Positions 36,650-50,337 of a DNA stretch of 64,000 nucleotides are shown here, piece after piece. The position numbers and the translations under genes were made by a program. Position 1 is the first letter of the stretch; each line of letters opens with the position of its first letter. The notes under the pieces were generated by a model. It worked only from the letters and a program-made list of their open reading frames with translations, searched no databases and was not told the DNA's origin. Source of the DNA: Squalus acanthias (lineage: Eukaryota); the NCBI GenBank assembly GCA_030390025.1, contig CM059432.1, forward strand, positions 87,360,001-87,424,000, in the 5' to 3' direction.

Positions 36650-38898
36650 CAGAGGGTGAGAAACTTGGGTCTCAAACTAGTGACCTGAACTTAAATAAAG
36701 GCAATTACAAAGGTATGAAGACAGAGTTGGCTAAAGTGGACTGGGAAAATAGATTAAAGGGTAAGACGGTAGATAAGCAGTGGCAGACATTTAAGGAGAT
36801 ATTTCATAACTCTCAGCAAAGATATATTCCAGTGAGAAAGAAAGACTCGAAGAATGAACCATCCGTGGCTAACTAAGGAAGTTAAGGATGGTATCAAATT
36901 GAAAACAAAGGCATACAGTGATGCGAAGATTGGTGGTAGGCCAAAGGATTGGGAAATTTTTAGAAACCAGCAAAGGACGACTATAAAAAAAAAATAATAG
37001 AGAAGATAGATTACGAGAGTAAACTAGCAAGAAATATAAAAACGGACAGTAAGAGCTTCTACAAGTATATAAAAAGGAAGAGAGTAACTAAAGTAAACGT
37101 TGGTTCCTTAGAGGATGAGACTGGGGAATTAATAATGGGAAATAAGGAACTGGCAGAGACATTGAACAAATATTTTGTATCGGTCTTCACAGTAGAAGAC
37201 ACTAAAAGCATCCCAGTAATAATAGATAATCAAGGGGCTATAGGGAGGGGAGAACTTAAAACAATCACCATCACTAGAGAAAAAATACTAGGCAAACTTA
37301 TGGGACTAAAGGTGGACAAGCCCCCTGGACCTGATGGCCTGCATCCTAGGGTCTTAAAAGAAGTGGCTGCAGATAGTGGATGCATTGGTTGTAATCTACC
37401 AAAATTCCCTGGATTCTGGCGAGGTTCCAGCGGATTGGAAAACCGCAAATGTAACACCCCTATTCAAGAAAGGAGGGAGACAGAAAGCAGGAAACTATAG
37501 ACCAGTTAGCCTAATATCTGTCATTGGGAAAATGCTGGAGTCCATTATTAAGGAAGTAGTAGCAGGACATTTAGAAAATCATAATACAGTAAGGAGAGTC
37601 AGCATGGCTTTATGAAAGGGAAATTATGTTTGACAAATTTGCTAGAGCTCTTTGAGGATGTAACGAGCAGGATGGATAAAGGGGAACCAGTAGATGTAGT
37701 GTATTTGGATTACCAGAAGACATTCGATAAGGTGCCACATAAAAGGTTACTGCACAAGCTAAGAGCTCACTGGGTTGGGGGTAATATATTAGCATGGATA
37801 GAGGGTTGGCTAACTAACAGGAAACAGAGTCGGGATAAATGGGTCATTTTCCGGTTGGCAAACTGTAACTAGTGGGGTGTCACAGGGATCAGTGCTGGGG
37901 CCTCAGCTGTTTACAATCTATATTAATGACATAGATGAAAGGACCAAGTGTAATGTAGCCAAATTTGCTGATGATCCAAAGATAGGTGGGAAAACAAGTT
38001 GTGAAGAGGACACACAGAATCTGCAAAGGGATATAGATAGGTTAAGTGAGTGGGTGAAAATTTGGCAGATGGAGTATAATGTGGGAAAATGTGAGGTTAT
38101 CCACTTTGGTAGGAAAAATAAAAAAGCAAATTATTATTTAAATGGAGGGAGACTACAAAATGCTGCAGTACAGAGGGATCTGGGGGTCCTTGTACATGAA
38201 ACACAAAAAGTCAGCATGCGGGTACAGCAAGTAATTAGGAAGGCAAATAGAATGTTGGCCTTTATTGCAAGAGGGATGGAGTATAAAAGTAGGGAAGTCT
38301 TGCTACAGCTGTACAGGGTGTTGGTGAGACCACACCTGGAGTACTGCGTATAGTTTTGGTCTCCTTATTTAAGGAGGGATATACTTGCATCGGAGGCATT
38401 TCAGAGAAGGTTCACTAGGTTAATTCCTGAGATGCAGGGGTTGTCTTATGAAGAAAAGTTGATCAGATTGGGCCTATACTCATTGGTGTTTAGAAGAATG
38501 AAGTGATCTTATTGAAACGTATAAGATTCTGAGGGGGCTTGACAGGGTAGATACAGAGAGGATGTTTCCCCTCGTGGGGGAATCTAGAACTAGGGGGCAT
38601 AGTTTCAGAATAAGGGGTTGCCCATTTAAAATGGAGATGAGGAGGAATTTCTTCTGAGTCGTAAATCTTTGGAATTCTCTACCCCAGAGAGCTGTGGAGG
38701 CTGGGTCATTGAATATATTTAAGGTGGAGATAGACAGATTTTTGAACGATAAGGGAGTCGAGGGTTATGGGGAGTGGGCAGAAAAGTGGAGTTGAGGCCA
38801 AGACCAGATCATCCATGATCTTATCGAATGGTGGAGCATGCTCGAGGGGCCAAATGGCCTACTCCTGCTCCTATTTCTTATGTTCTTATGTTTTTATG
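36650..38898 (+). mobile_element. 5'-truncated CR1 LINE in GDAP1 intron 5
   Basis: PGPDGLHPRVLKE, GNYRPVSL, SQGSVLGP..KFADD; TTCTTATG-repeat tail. Confidence 0.92.
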
Positions 38899-39930
38899 TT
38901 CAGAGATTTCAGCCTCCATGTTCCTGTGCTGTGGAACTCTTTTTTTTCTAAATCCTTCTGTCTTGCTACCTCTCTCCTCACCTTCAGTCACTGCCCATAA
39001 CTTTGCTTACAGTTCCTGCTTGGTGTCCTCCAATCTCTTAAGTGCTTTGGGATGTTTTTTTATACATATGGTGCTATATAAATTTAAGTTTTTGTTGTGT
39101 TCATGAATTTTATGATTTGACTCTAGTTTAAAAGTTTTTCTGCTTGGTGAGATTAGACTGAAAAAGCTAAAGCTGTTTCCTCCACTGCCTCTTATCATGC
39201 ATTTTTTGTTGTGTGGTTGCAGGAAAAACTTGCAGTTCCATAATGCTACAGCAACTCAATTAAGTCATTTTGTATTGGAAGACGCAAGCACTTTAAAAAA
39301 ATAAATAAATAAATATTTTCCTTGCCAATTTTGTCTGTTCGACTGTTCACTGGGGTACGGTTCCGCAGAAGCCGGTTACATTGTCCCTCTCTCGTGAGTG
39401 AATGTCTGCAGGTCATTTGACCGTGAGGGACATCACAGCTAAGTCTCGTCCTTGCCCAACATCCATATCTGCATACTTTCAGTAGAGGTTGCTAGGTAGT
39501 GATTAGGAGTAGGAACCCTGGCTGAATTTTCCTTTTGCTGATGTGGGTTACTGAGGCCAATTATAGTGCCTGTACTGCATCCCAATTGGGATTAGCTAAT
39601 TTAACACCTGTTGAAGTTGGGAGCGTCCTGGTCTGAATCTCACAGCGACTCATATGATAAACATACTAAGCCATCGCGGAACTCTATTATCTACAAATCG
39701 GAGTTAAATGCTACAGTTATACCCTGGTGAAAGCTTGTACTTCAAATCAGTAAGATGAATGTCTGTGGTAGTCCCATAGCATTTACATTTTTTTGCTATC
39801 TTAAAAAGTCATGTGTTCATTTTCTACAATGTCTGATTAAATCCTAAACTAGTGGTTGTAGTAGTTCAGCATTGGATTCTAAACATTGGAGTGACAGTTC
39901 AAATTTCAGCCTCAACTTGTATTTGTAAAT

Positions 39931-41074
39931 AACAACAGAAAACGCTGGAAAAACTCAGCAGGCCAGGCAGCATCCGTGGAGAGAGAAACAGAGTTAACGT
40001 TTCAGGTCGAAGACCTTTTGTCAGAACTGGAAAAAAGCAGGAAATGAAATAGATTTAAAGCAAGGATAAAGCTGGGAAAAGGGGGAGGGGATGAAAGAAC
40101 AAAAGGAGAGATTAAGAGACATTGAGAGACATTAAGAGATGATCAAGGCAAGAGGTGGTGTTAATGTGACAGTTTGAGGCTAAAAGAAGTGTGAAATGCA
40201 CTGGCAGAATGAAGGACAGCTGCCAGTTTCTGGGGGGGGGGGGGAAAGGTGGGGGAGGGGCAAACAAAAGGGTGGATGAAAAAATAAAATAAAATATAAA
40301 TGTGATAGGGGCTGAGGTTATGATCTAAAATTGTTGAACTCGATATTGAGTCCAGAGGGCTGTAGGGTGCCTAAACGAAAGATGAGGTGCTGTTCCTCGA
40401 GCTTACGCTGCGCTTCCGTGGAACAGTGTAATAGGCCGAGGACGGTGAGGTCAGAGTGGGAGTGGAGCGGAGAATTAAAGTGACAGGCCACCGGGAGCTC
40501 GGGGTCCCCCTTACGGACTGAACGGAGGTGTTCCGCAAAGCGGTCACCCAATCTGCGTTTGGTCTCCCCAATGTAGAGGAGACCACATCGTGAGCAGCGA
40601 ATACAGTATACTAAATTGCAGGAAGTACAAGTAAATCGCTGTTTCGCCTAGAAGGGGTGTTTGGGGCCCTGGACAGTGGGAAGAAGGGAGGTATAAGGGC
40701 ATGTGTTGCATCTCCTGCGCTTGCACAGGAAGGTGCTGGACGAAGGGGAAGGGGTGCTGGGGGTGGTAGAGGAGTGGACTAGGGTGTCGTGGAGGGAGCG
40801 GTCCCTGCGGAATGCTGAAAGGGGAGGTGAGGGGAAGATGCATGTCTCTCAATGTCTCTTAATCTCTCCTTTTGTTCTTTCATCCCCTCTCCCTTTTCCC
40901 AACTTTATCCTTGCTTTAAATCTATTTCATTTCCTGCTTTTTTCCAGTTCTGACGAAAGGTCTTCGACCTGAAACGTTAACTCTGTTTCTCTCTCCACGG
41001 ATGCTGCCTGGCCTGCTGAGTTTTTCCAGCGTTTTCTGTTATTTTGGATTTCCAGCATCCGCAGTATTTTGCTA
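39931..41074 (-). mobile_element. Truncated Penelope element (GIY-YIG end) with inverted terminal copy
   Basis: LGDRFAEHLRSV..LEEQHLIFRLGTLQPSGLN; 14-bp TSD TTGTATTTGTAAAT (39917-39930, 41075-41088); 39931-40130 inverted at 40840-41040. Confidence 0.92.
40944..40985 (+). ncRNA. Minimal type I hammerhead ribozyme motif (Penelope type)
   Basis: AGTT-CTGACGA-A-AGGTC(TTC)GACCT-GAAA-CG-TT-AACT: intact core boxes, stems I and II, palindromic AACGTT stem III. Confidence 0.75.
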
Positions 41075-41812
41075 TTGTATTTGTAAATGTTTGGGCTAGT
41101 GCTGGGGTTATTGAGACCTCCGGGAAGGAAACCACTTTTGTTCATTCGCTGTATATCTTTACATTTGGGTTAATTTAATTGTCAGAATTCAATAGCAACC
41201 ATGCTGAGTACAGGTATTTGGTATTTTTTTTGTTTGGTCCTAATTCTTAGGTGTTTGGGAACTTCTAGGGCACAGGCCTGTAGGCTCATCAAACTGCTCC
41301 TGGAAATTGCCATCTCTTGTCTCGTGAAATTTCACTAGCGTGTGCTCTGTAACATTAGTATATGCTCCATTTTGAGGGTGGGGAGGAAAAATTAGCATCA
41401 ATACTTATGTCCAACCATCTGTTGGCTGATTAACTGAATGGTAATGTTGATTGTGAAGTATATGATCCACATTATCCTTCCCAACTGAAGTAGGTAGTCT
41501 GGTCTCGGGAGGTAGCACATTTGGCCAGAAATTAGGAAAAAGTGGACAATTAAATAAAATCTAAAATGGGCTTTTAAAAAGAACCTGTATTTCTGGTGTT
41601 ACAAGCTATATTAAAAAAATGAATTCTGAAAATCAGCTGGAATCTTTGTTTTATTGATCAGTACCTTTTATTGGCAGGAAGATTTGCAATGGTTGAATCA
41701 TAGAGCAACTTGTTTTGTCTTGTAATAATTTGTAGTAAATATTAAAGTAATACAGCTTGCAATATATGGTAATTAATGGAAATATTGATGTGAGATTCTT
41801 TTTCTTGAACAG

Positions 41813-42156
41813 AAGAAGGACATCAGCCATGGCTCTGTGGTGAGTTCTTTAGTCTTGCAGATGTATCTCTCAGTGTAACATTGCATCGGCTGAAGTTTCT
41901 TGGACTTGCCAGAAAATACTGGGGAAATGGAAAACGACCAAATTTAGAATCGTATTATGACCGTGTGTTACAGCAAAGGACTTTCCGAAAGGTCTTGGGG
42001 AATGTGAACAACATTTTACTATCAGCAGTACTGCCTACTGCTTTTCGGGTTGCTAAAAAACGCGCTCCCTCATTTTTGGGAGCTAGTTTTATAGTAAGCC
42101 TGCTGGGAGGAATAGGGTATTTTGCTTTCTTGTTCCTTAAAAAGAGACTGTCATAG
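41813..42156 (+). CDS. GDAP1: GDAP1 coding exon 6 (GST C-domain, hydrophobic domain, tail anchor, stop)
   Basis: gaacag acceptor; EEGHQPWLCGEFFSLADVSLSVTLHRLKFLG...AKKRAPSFLGASFIVSLLGGIGYFAFLFLKKRLS*; spliced CDS 1086 nt = 361 aa; residues favour GDAP1 over GDAP1L1. Confidence 0.97.
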
Positions 42157-42259
42157 ATTTTTTTCATCATGAGCTTAATATGTCATTCTCCAAGAATTTG
42201 ATTGAGGAAGAGCTGTGGTTTCTACAATCTCATTGCAGTTATCAAGCTAAAAATAGCTG

Positions 42260-42296
42260 AATAAAGAAAGTTGCAGTAACTTGTTCTGTTAATAAA
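42260..42296 (+). terminator. Candidate polyadenylation signals for GDAP1
   Basis: AATAAA at 42260 and 42291 followed by T-rich sequence; more AATAAA near 42765-42778; usage unknown. Confidence 0.4.
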
Positions 42297-42929
42297 GAAA
42301 CTTACTGTCACTTTGGTTAATCTTTTATTTTCAAAGACAGCAAGTTTGCAATATGTGGAAATTTTAAAGAAATGTGTGCACAATGCAACCCATTTATTAT
42401 AACAATTCTAAAACCCATCTGTTCACTTTTATATTCCAATCCATTCTAGGTAGTAGACTATGCTGTCGTGTCCTAATGTTTCTGGGTTACTGCATGTTAA
42501 CAAATCTATAATGTACCTGAATAATCTTCAGTCTAGATGTGAATCCCTTGGGTTCAAAGGTTAATCAAAAATCTATTCTCTAACCTTTACGTACCGAACT
42601 ACTAGTCACGCGTCCTTCTTTTGTGTCTAGCCTCTTACTATAACATGAATATGTAAGTTTGTCTACACTGCACAGTCTGGAGGTGGTGAGCACTGTGTTG
42701 ATCTTTACGGGCTGTTTGTGTTACCTTGGGAATACCATTTCTATGTCAAATACTCTTGTGCTTAAATAAAGGAATAAAAAGAACAACTGTGTAATACACT
42801 TTTTGATATAGATATAGATATTGTTTTTGAAATTTAGAATGGTAAAGTTTAACATTTACCTTCACCTGGTAACAGCTTTCAATATTTATTTCTTGGATGC
42901 ATAAAAACATCATGATGGGCAAAAGATCA

Positions 42930-43030
42930 AAGGACGAAGGGTCATCGACCCGAAACGTTAACTCTTTCTCTCTCCACAGATGTTGCCTGACCTGCTGAGT
43001 GTTTCCAGCATTTTCTGTTTTTATTTGAAA
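42930..43030 (+). mobile_element. Penelope-type terminal fragment (hammerhead core 5'-truncated)
   Basis: GACGAAGGGTCATCGACCCGAAACGTTAACTC..CCTGCTGAGTGTTTCCAGCATTTTCTG. Confidence 0.7.
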
Positions 43031-45199
43031 CATTCAGTGATGCCCTTGCCATAAATAATTCATAAGAGTAGGAAACTCCTTTATTTGTTTATTATCCCTA
43101 TATCTTTTTAGGATAGCTCCACCATTCACCAGGAAGCAATATCATACAGGAAGTACTTCCATAAAGAGTGTTCTGCTCCCAGAAGTCATGAACTGTATGA
43201 TCTTCCCCTTTATCCATAATGCTTAAAAGGGACAAAGCCGATCATTCCCCATATCTCTTTCCCCCCACCCCCCTCCCATTGACTTCTGCTGAGCTAACTG
43301 ATGCTTTCTCAGTAGAAAAATTCCAAATAATCCATTTAAAAAAGCTGCTTAGTATTTTTTGGTCAATGAGAGGGACACCGTGCTGGGGAACGGCACACTT
43401 TCCCATTTTGGGTATCCAGTGTTGATGTCACGCAAATCCTGGTCAGGTGTACTGCCAGATGCTCATTCTACACTGCCTGAACAGCATTCTCCTGCCCCAA
43501 CTTGAAAAGAGTGACATCTGTTCCAATTTGAATTTTTACACTGCTTAAACTTAAATCACACTTGTAGCCTCAGTGAAATTTCCAATTTGTCCTGGAATTA
43601 TATGCAGTTGTGCTTCTTAACCAGTTCTCAATTAGAATGGGTCATGGCTGCACTCTCTCTTTCTATTGACTCATCTCTTTTACTATGGAGTTTTAATTAT
43701 CCTTAATTGACTTTTAAATGATTTACCAGATGGTGAGTTAGAAATCTGAGCAGAAGCTAGGTGCATCTTGAGGGAGAGGGTTGGAAAATCATTATCTGAG
43801 TCACTGTGTGCTAATCTCCCTCACCTCTTGTATAGAATATATCTGTCAATCCTTGGAATATTGAGATGGATGCATTCTAGCTCCTGTATTAAGGAAGTTT
43901 TATGTGTTTTTTGTGTTTTTAAGCTATACTCCTTTGGTTCATTGTCCCATACCACTCCTGGAAGTGTCCATTACAAGCTAGAGTGCCTTTACCTGCCCAG
44001 TATCTGGGCAAATGTGGCATGAGCAAGGAATCAAATAGCTGTGTCTCAGTACTCCGGCTTACAAGGATTTATCTAATGCCCCCACATGATTTCCTTGACT
44101 TCAGTAGTTGGATGCTCAGGCTATAAGCCAATAGACATTTATTCAACATTAAATAGATAAATGAACAGTAGTCAGAAGGAACAGTATATTTACAAACTAT
44201 TATTCTACTCAATGTCAAAATAGTAAAGATACTTTTTCTGCCCTAACCCTCAACATAATATTCACCCTTGAAACATGGTTGCTACTTGCGTGGCTATCTG
44301 GTATCACAGAGCCCTGTTATTAGCTTTGTGCTGCTTGTGGCCTCAGGCTGACTGTTGTCTGATTACAACACAGCCAAGATATAACTCTAGATTTCTTTAG
44401 AGGTATTCCAGAACAGAGGGCATTAAAGTGGGCATTTCCTAACTCCATTTAAGTGACTGAAAGTTCACAGGCTTCAAAACCACATTTGCGTGCACAATCA
44501 GCTCCCCAACAAATAGCCCCACAGGATGCTTGTAATTGAATGGAATGGCTTGATCCATTTAAACACTTTGTAAGATGGGTCCCATCCAAGGACACTGGTG
44601 ATTTTTTTATAGTTACAGATGCCTAGTAATAGATAAAAAAATATAGCAAGCCAATAAACATCGGTGCCTTTGAAATGGAAGAAATGCAGCGTTCTCAATT
44701 ATGATGCACATTCTCTTCAAATGGTACGGTACTTTGCGCAGCACACTTTGGAGCAGCAGAGCATTGAAGTCCCTTCATCAATCATTGTAAGCATAGAGGT
44801 GGATGGTGGTAGTGCGGAAGGGATTTCTTGTTTGGAGACTTAAAAGTCCAGGTACAGCAACTTAATGCTGTATTTGTGCTTTCTGTTGGAGAAGATCATT
44901 GCAAGAAGTGTTGGAAAATGATTACAAAGTCAGACAATTTCCAGGGTGCAGATAAGACTGCTGCTTTTAGTAACAGAGCCTTGAAAGTCATGTTGAAGGC
45001 GGTGCTGGCAAGAAAGCCTATCACCTTTGTGTAAGAGGGGCACCCATCCTCAACAAAATGTGAGGGCTACGTGGGAAGAGGTGGCGGAGCAGGTGGATTT
45101 AAACAGCTCCTCTGATGAGAAAGAAATACAGCACTCTCGGGAAGTTTTCTCTGTTAATGGAGTTCTCTGCGTATCTGTTTTCACTTTAATCAGTTACAT

Positions 45200-45700
45200 A
45201 CTCCTCGGAACAGGAGTAGGCTATTTAGCCCTTCAGGCCTGTTCTAACATTCAATGAGATCATGGTTGATCTGTATCTTAAATCCATCCACCTGCCTTGG
45301 CTCCATATTCTTTTATACCATTGACTAGCAAAAATCTATCAATCTCTGATTCAAAATAATTAATTGAGCTAGCATCTACTGCTTTTTGTGGGAGAGTTTT
45401 CCACACTTCTCCCACCCTTTTGTGTGGAAAAAGTGTTTTTTAACTTCTCTCCTGAATGGCCTGGCTCTGATTTTAAGATTATGCCCCCTTGCCCTAGACT
45501 CCTTTTAGCAGTGGAAAAAGTTTCTCTCTACCCTATCAATTCCTTTCAAAAGCATCAATCAAAATCACCCCTTAACCTATATTCCAGGGAATACAAGCCT
45601 GATTTATGTAATCTCTCATAATCTAACCCTTGGGGCTCTGGTGAATCTGCGCTGCACTCTTTCTAAGGCCAATATTTCCTTTCCAAGTTGTGGTCCCGAG
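45200..45700 (-). mobile_element. Degraded CR1 3' fragment
   Basis: GGAACAGGAGTAGGC tail and RT C-terminal remnants. Confidence 0.65.
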
Positions 45701-46590
45701 AACATGGAATGCTATCATCCTTGCACACCCCTTGCATGAAGCTCACTATTAGTGGGTAGGCTGATTATAAAGACCACCTCACTGTCCTTTTGTATGCTGT
45801 TGGAAGCGCAGTAGCAAGTTGCACACCTCTGATACAATTCAGGAAGCTGCCAGTCATTCATTGCTGTCCTGTCATTTTGCCAAGAGCAAGAAACTGCAGA
45901 TACTCTATAGAGGAGCTGATCCTTGACATTGTGACGAGCTTCTTGGTTGAGACAATTGGTGAGGCAAGCAGGTGGTGGCCTTGAGACTCGATTTCATCAA
46001 AGAATGTTTCTCTCAAATATACATTCTGCCAATTGCAAACTTACCTGACACCACTGCCTCTTTTCAGCTGTTACTGAAAAGGTATTGCAAGGAAAGTCTT
46101 CCATATTCCAATAGAAACTTTTCCTATTATGTCTTTGTAGGGCAGTTTGAGGGCCAGAGGCCACCTTATCCACTTCCCACCACAGTGCATTAACAACTCC
46201 ACATGCTGCAAGCATCAGCCCAGGAACATCCACGCCAGGGGATGAATTAGAGTTTGAGTGGGGAGCACTAAGTGAAGTACACAGCACAAGTGCAACTTGC
46301 AGCAGAGGAGCAGCCTGAAGAAGGTTGCAGCACATGCTCTAGGTCACACTATGATTCTGAGTTCTAGGACCTGCCTATAAAAGGTTACTTGCTCAGCACC
46401 ATCAACACATCTAGGCCGTGAAATTCGGGAGTTTAGCGCCGGCCATTAAGGACAGTTTTACTTCCACCCACTTCCAGCGGATCCTGCGGCGGCCGCCATT
46501 TTGGGGAGTTCGGTAGCACTGCTGTTGCCAGTGCTCCACGTATTTAGATGAGGCAGATCGTGACGTCAATCTGTGTACAACCCTGATTTG

Positions 46591-49238
46591 GCTCATGGAC
46601 TTCTTTGTCTCTAAGATTGAGACTATCTGTTCAGCTGCCTCTGCACTTTCCTTCCTGCCCCTAGCCCATTGGGCCAAACTTCCTCTAAGGTTCCCCCCTG
46701 CCCTAGCCCTGAACTCACATCTGTCTCCAGTTTCTCTCCGATCTCCCCTCGTGACCTCTCCGCGCTCATCTTGTCCATGAGACCCATTTCCTGCTCCCTC
46801 GACCCTATTCTCACCAAACTGCTGACCACCCAACTTCCTTTTCTGGCTCCATGTTAGCTGACATTGTTAATGATTCTCCCTCAAATCTGCCGTCATCACC
46901 CCTCAAAAAACCAACCTTTGACCCCCTCCGTCCTTGCAAACTACCGCCTCATCTCCAACCTCCCTTTCCTCTCAAGTCCTTGAGTGTGTTGTCGCCTCCC
47001 AAATCCGTGCCCATCTTTCCTGCAATCAGGTTTCCGCCCTTGCCACAGTACCGAAACGGCTCTCATCAAAGTCACAAACGACATCCTTTGCGACTGTGAC
47101 AAAGGTAAACTATCCCTCCTCGTCCTTCTTAACTTGTCTGCAGCCTGTGACACGATTGACCACTCCATCTTTCTCCAATTCCTCTCTACCGTCGTCCAGC
47201 TGGGTGGGACTGCACTCGCCTGGTTCCATTCTTATCTATCTAATCGTAGCCAGATGAATCACCTGCAACGGCTTCTCTTCCCGCTCCCGCATAATTACCT
47301 CTGGTGTCCCCCAAGGATCTATCCTTGGCCCCTTCCTATTTCTCATCTACATGTTGCCCCTTGGTGACATCATCCAAAAACACAGCGTCAGTTTCCACAT
47401 GTACACTGACGACACCCAGCTCTACCTCACTACCACTTCTCTCAACCCCTCCACGGTCTCTAAATTGTCAGACTGCTTGTCCGACTTCCAGTTCAGGATG
47501 AGCAGAAATTTTCTCCAATTAAATATTGGGAAGACCGAAGCCATTGTTTTCGGTACCCGCCAAAAAAACTCCGTTCCCTAGCCACTGACTCCATACCTCT
47601 CCCTAACATCTGTCTGAGGCTGAATCACACTGTTCACAACCTTGGTGTCATATGTGACCCTGAAATGATAAGAGCATAAGAAATAGGAGCAGGAGTAGGC
47701 CAATTGGCCCCTCGAGCCTGCTCCGCCATTCAATAAGATCATGGCTGATCTGATCCTAACCGCCAATCTACTATCACAGAACCATCTCCTGAACCTAACA
47801 GAATTGGACACACGAAATAGGAGCAGGATCAGGCTACACGGCCCCTGGGCCCGCTACGCTACCCACAGGGCCGTGACCGATCCGAACCTAGACTCATGTC
47901 CAAATTCCTGCCCGCTCCCCGTAACCCTTAATTCCCTTTACTTCTAGGAAACTCTCTATTTCTGTTTTAAATTTATGTAATGATATAGCTTCTACAGCTT
48001 TTTGGGGCAGCATATTCCATGGACCTACCACCCTCTGAGTGAAGTAGTTCCTTCTCATCTCAGTTTTGAAAGAGCAGCCCCTTATTCTAAGACTATGCCC
48101 CCTAGTTCTAGTTTCACCCATCATCGGGAACATCCTCCCCGCATCCACCCGATCCAACCCCTTCACAATCTTATATGTTTCAATAAGATTGCCTCTCATT
48201 CTTCTGAACTCCAATGAGTAGAGTCCCAATCTACCCAACGTCTCCTCATATGTCCATCCCCTCATCCCCGGGATTAACCGAGTGAACCTTCTTTGTACTG
48301 ACTTGAGAGCAAGTATGTCTTTTCTTAAGTATGGACACCAAAACTGCATGCAGTATTCCAGGTGCGGTCTCACCAATACCTTGTACAACTGAAGCAATAC
48401 CTCCCTATTTTTATATTCTATTCCCCTAGCAATGAAAGCCAACATTCCATTGGCCTTCTTAATCACTTGCTGCACCTGCATACTAACCTTTTGAGTTTCG
48501 TGCACCAGGACCCCCAGATCCCTTCCGTACATATCCGCAGCGTAACTAAGAACGCCTATTTCCACCTCCGTAACATCGCCCGTCTCTGCCCTTGCCTCAG
48601 CTCATCCGCTGCTGAAACCCTCATCTGTGCCTTTGTTACCTCTAGACTTGACTATTCCAACGCACTCCTGGCTGGCCTCCCACATTCTACCCTACGTAAA
48701 CTTGAGGTGATCCAAAACTCGGCTGCCCGTGTCCTAACTCGCACCAAGTCTTGTTCACCCATCACCCCTGTGCTCACTGACCTACATTGGCTCCCGGTTA
48801 AGCAGCGCCTCGATTTCAAAATTCTCATCCTTGTTTTCAAATCCCTCCATGGCCTTCACCCTTCCTATCTCTAATCTCCTTCAGCCCTACAACCTCCACC
48901 CCCCCACCCCCCCCCCCCGCCCCGAGATATCTGCACTCTTCTAATTCTGCCGTCTTGAGCATCCCTGATTATAATCACTCAACTTTTGGTGGCCGTGCCT
49001 TCTGTTGCCTAGGCCCTAAGCTCTGGAATTCCCTGCCTAAACCTGTCCGCCTCGCTACCTCTCTTTCCTCCTTTAAGACGCTCCTTAAAACCTACCTCTT
49101 TGACCAAGCTTTTGGTCATCTGCCCTAATTTCTCCTTATGTGGCTCGGTGTCAAATTTTTTGTCTTTTAATACTTCTGTGAAGCGCCTTGGGACATTTTA
49201 CTACTTTAAAGACGCTATATAAATATAAGTTCTTGTTG
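46591..49238 (+). mobile_element. L2-clade LINE inserted in the Harbinger element
   Basis: [36 protein letters not shown]2 tail ends GTTCTTGTTG. Confidence 0.9.
47669..48521 (-). mobile_element. CR1 3' fragment inserted in the L2
   Basis: RDLGVLVHETQKV..LEFRRMRG; interrupts L2 at GAAATGA|..|CTTCCG, which is contiguous at 13242-13256. Confidence 0.9.
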
Positions 49239-49515
49239 ACCTGCCATTTTGGACGTCGCCGCTCCATTTAATGACCTCTCCTAATCACAACCAGCTGACC
49301 ATGTGTTCAACAGCAGGAAGGACACCCCCAGCAGCGCGATTTAAAGGGATCATTAACAACTTGTGGCTGACTTGCTTTTTCAATTCTACTGGCTTTGTCT
49401 AAGTTTGTGCAACTTTTTAGAGCTTTCTAGAATTTAAAGTTGCAGAGGTGAAGGAGTGTGATGGTGCAAGTGGAGAACGCCTTGATTCTCATTTAAAGGG
49501 TTCTGTTCATGCCAC

Positions 49516-50337
49516 TTGCTCACAGCCATATGGGCTCTACTTGCAGTCCCCCTCGCGCTCGAGTATGACAGGGAGAGGGAGCGGAGGCAGCAAAGAAGAG
49601 GACAAGATGCTCGCAGAGGGAGGTGGAGGAGGGGCAGGAGGGCTCTCAGCAGGAGGCTTTTCCCACCTAGGGTCTTCCGAGAGCACTTCTCTTATATCCA
49701 CTTAGGTGTATTTGGAGGCTCCGCTTCACAAGGTGGTCACAGAACTCTGCCGCCTCCTGCCACCAGACCTGCAGCCCCAGAGCAGGGCAACCATGGCTCT
49801 CCCAGTGGCCCTCAAGGTCACTGTTGCCCTCAATTTTTTCACCAGCGCATCCTGATGGTCAATGCCCGCTATCCTGGCAGCAGTCATGATGCCTTCATCC
49901 TGTGCCAGTCCGGTGTGCCAGCAATCTTCCAGCTACCATGTCAAACCCGAGGGTGGCTGCTCGGAGACCAGGGCTATCTGCTCTGCACTTGGCTGCTGAC
50001 TCCCCTCCGCAACCCCACCACTCATGGCCAGCAATCATATAATGAGAGCCATGCTGCCACGAGGAATGTCATCGAGCAGACCATCAGGGTGCTCAAGCAA
50101 CAGTTCTGCTGCCTTGACCGCTTGGGAGGAGTCCTCCAGTACTCGCCAGAGCGGGTGTCCCATTCCGTGGTGGTCTGCTGCATGCTCCACAACTTGGCCA
50201 TCATGAACGCACAGCCCTTGCCACCACAGGTTCCAGGACCACCGGAGGAGGAGGAAGAGGAAGGGAGGAGGCAGCACATCCCCGTTGCAGATGGGCTGTC
50301 CGTGAGAGCCTCATCAGACTCCGGTTCCAGTGAATGA
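49516..50337 (+). pseudogene. Harbinger transposase, internally deleted
   Basis: VNARYPGSSHDAFIL..WLLGDQGY..YNESHAATRNVIEQTI..LQYSPERV..CCMLHN; first catalytic Asp region absent. Confidence 0.85.

Noticed and set aside
44960..46330. Possible old Myb/Harbinger gene relic (WEEVAEQV)
   Set aside because: Too degraded to delimit or support
49516..50337. Domesticated HARBI1 gene
   Set aside because: Sits within TIRs and TSD with a Myb partner, is internally deleted and frameshifted
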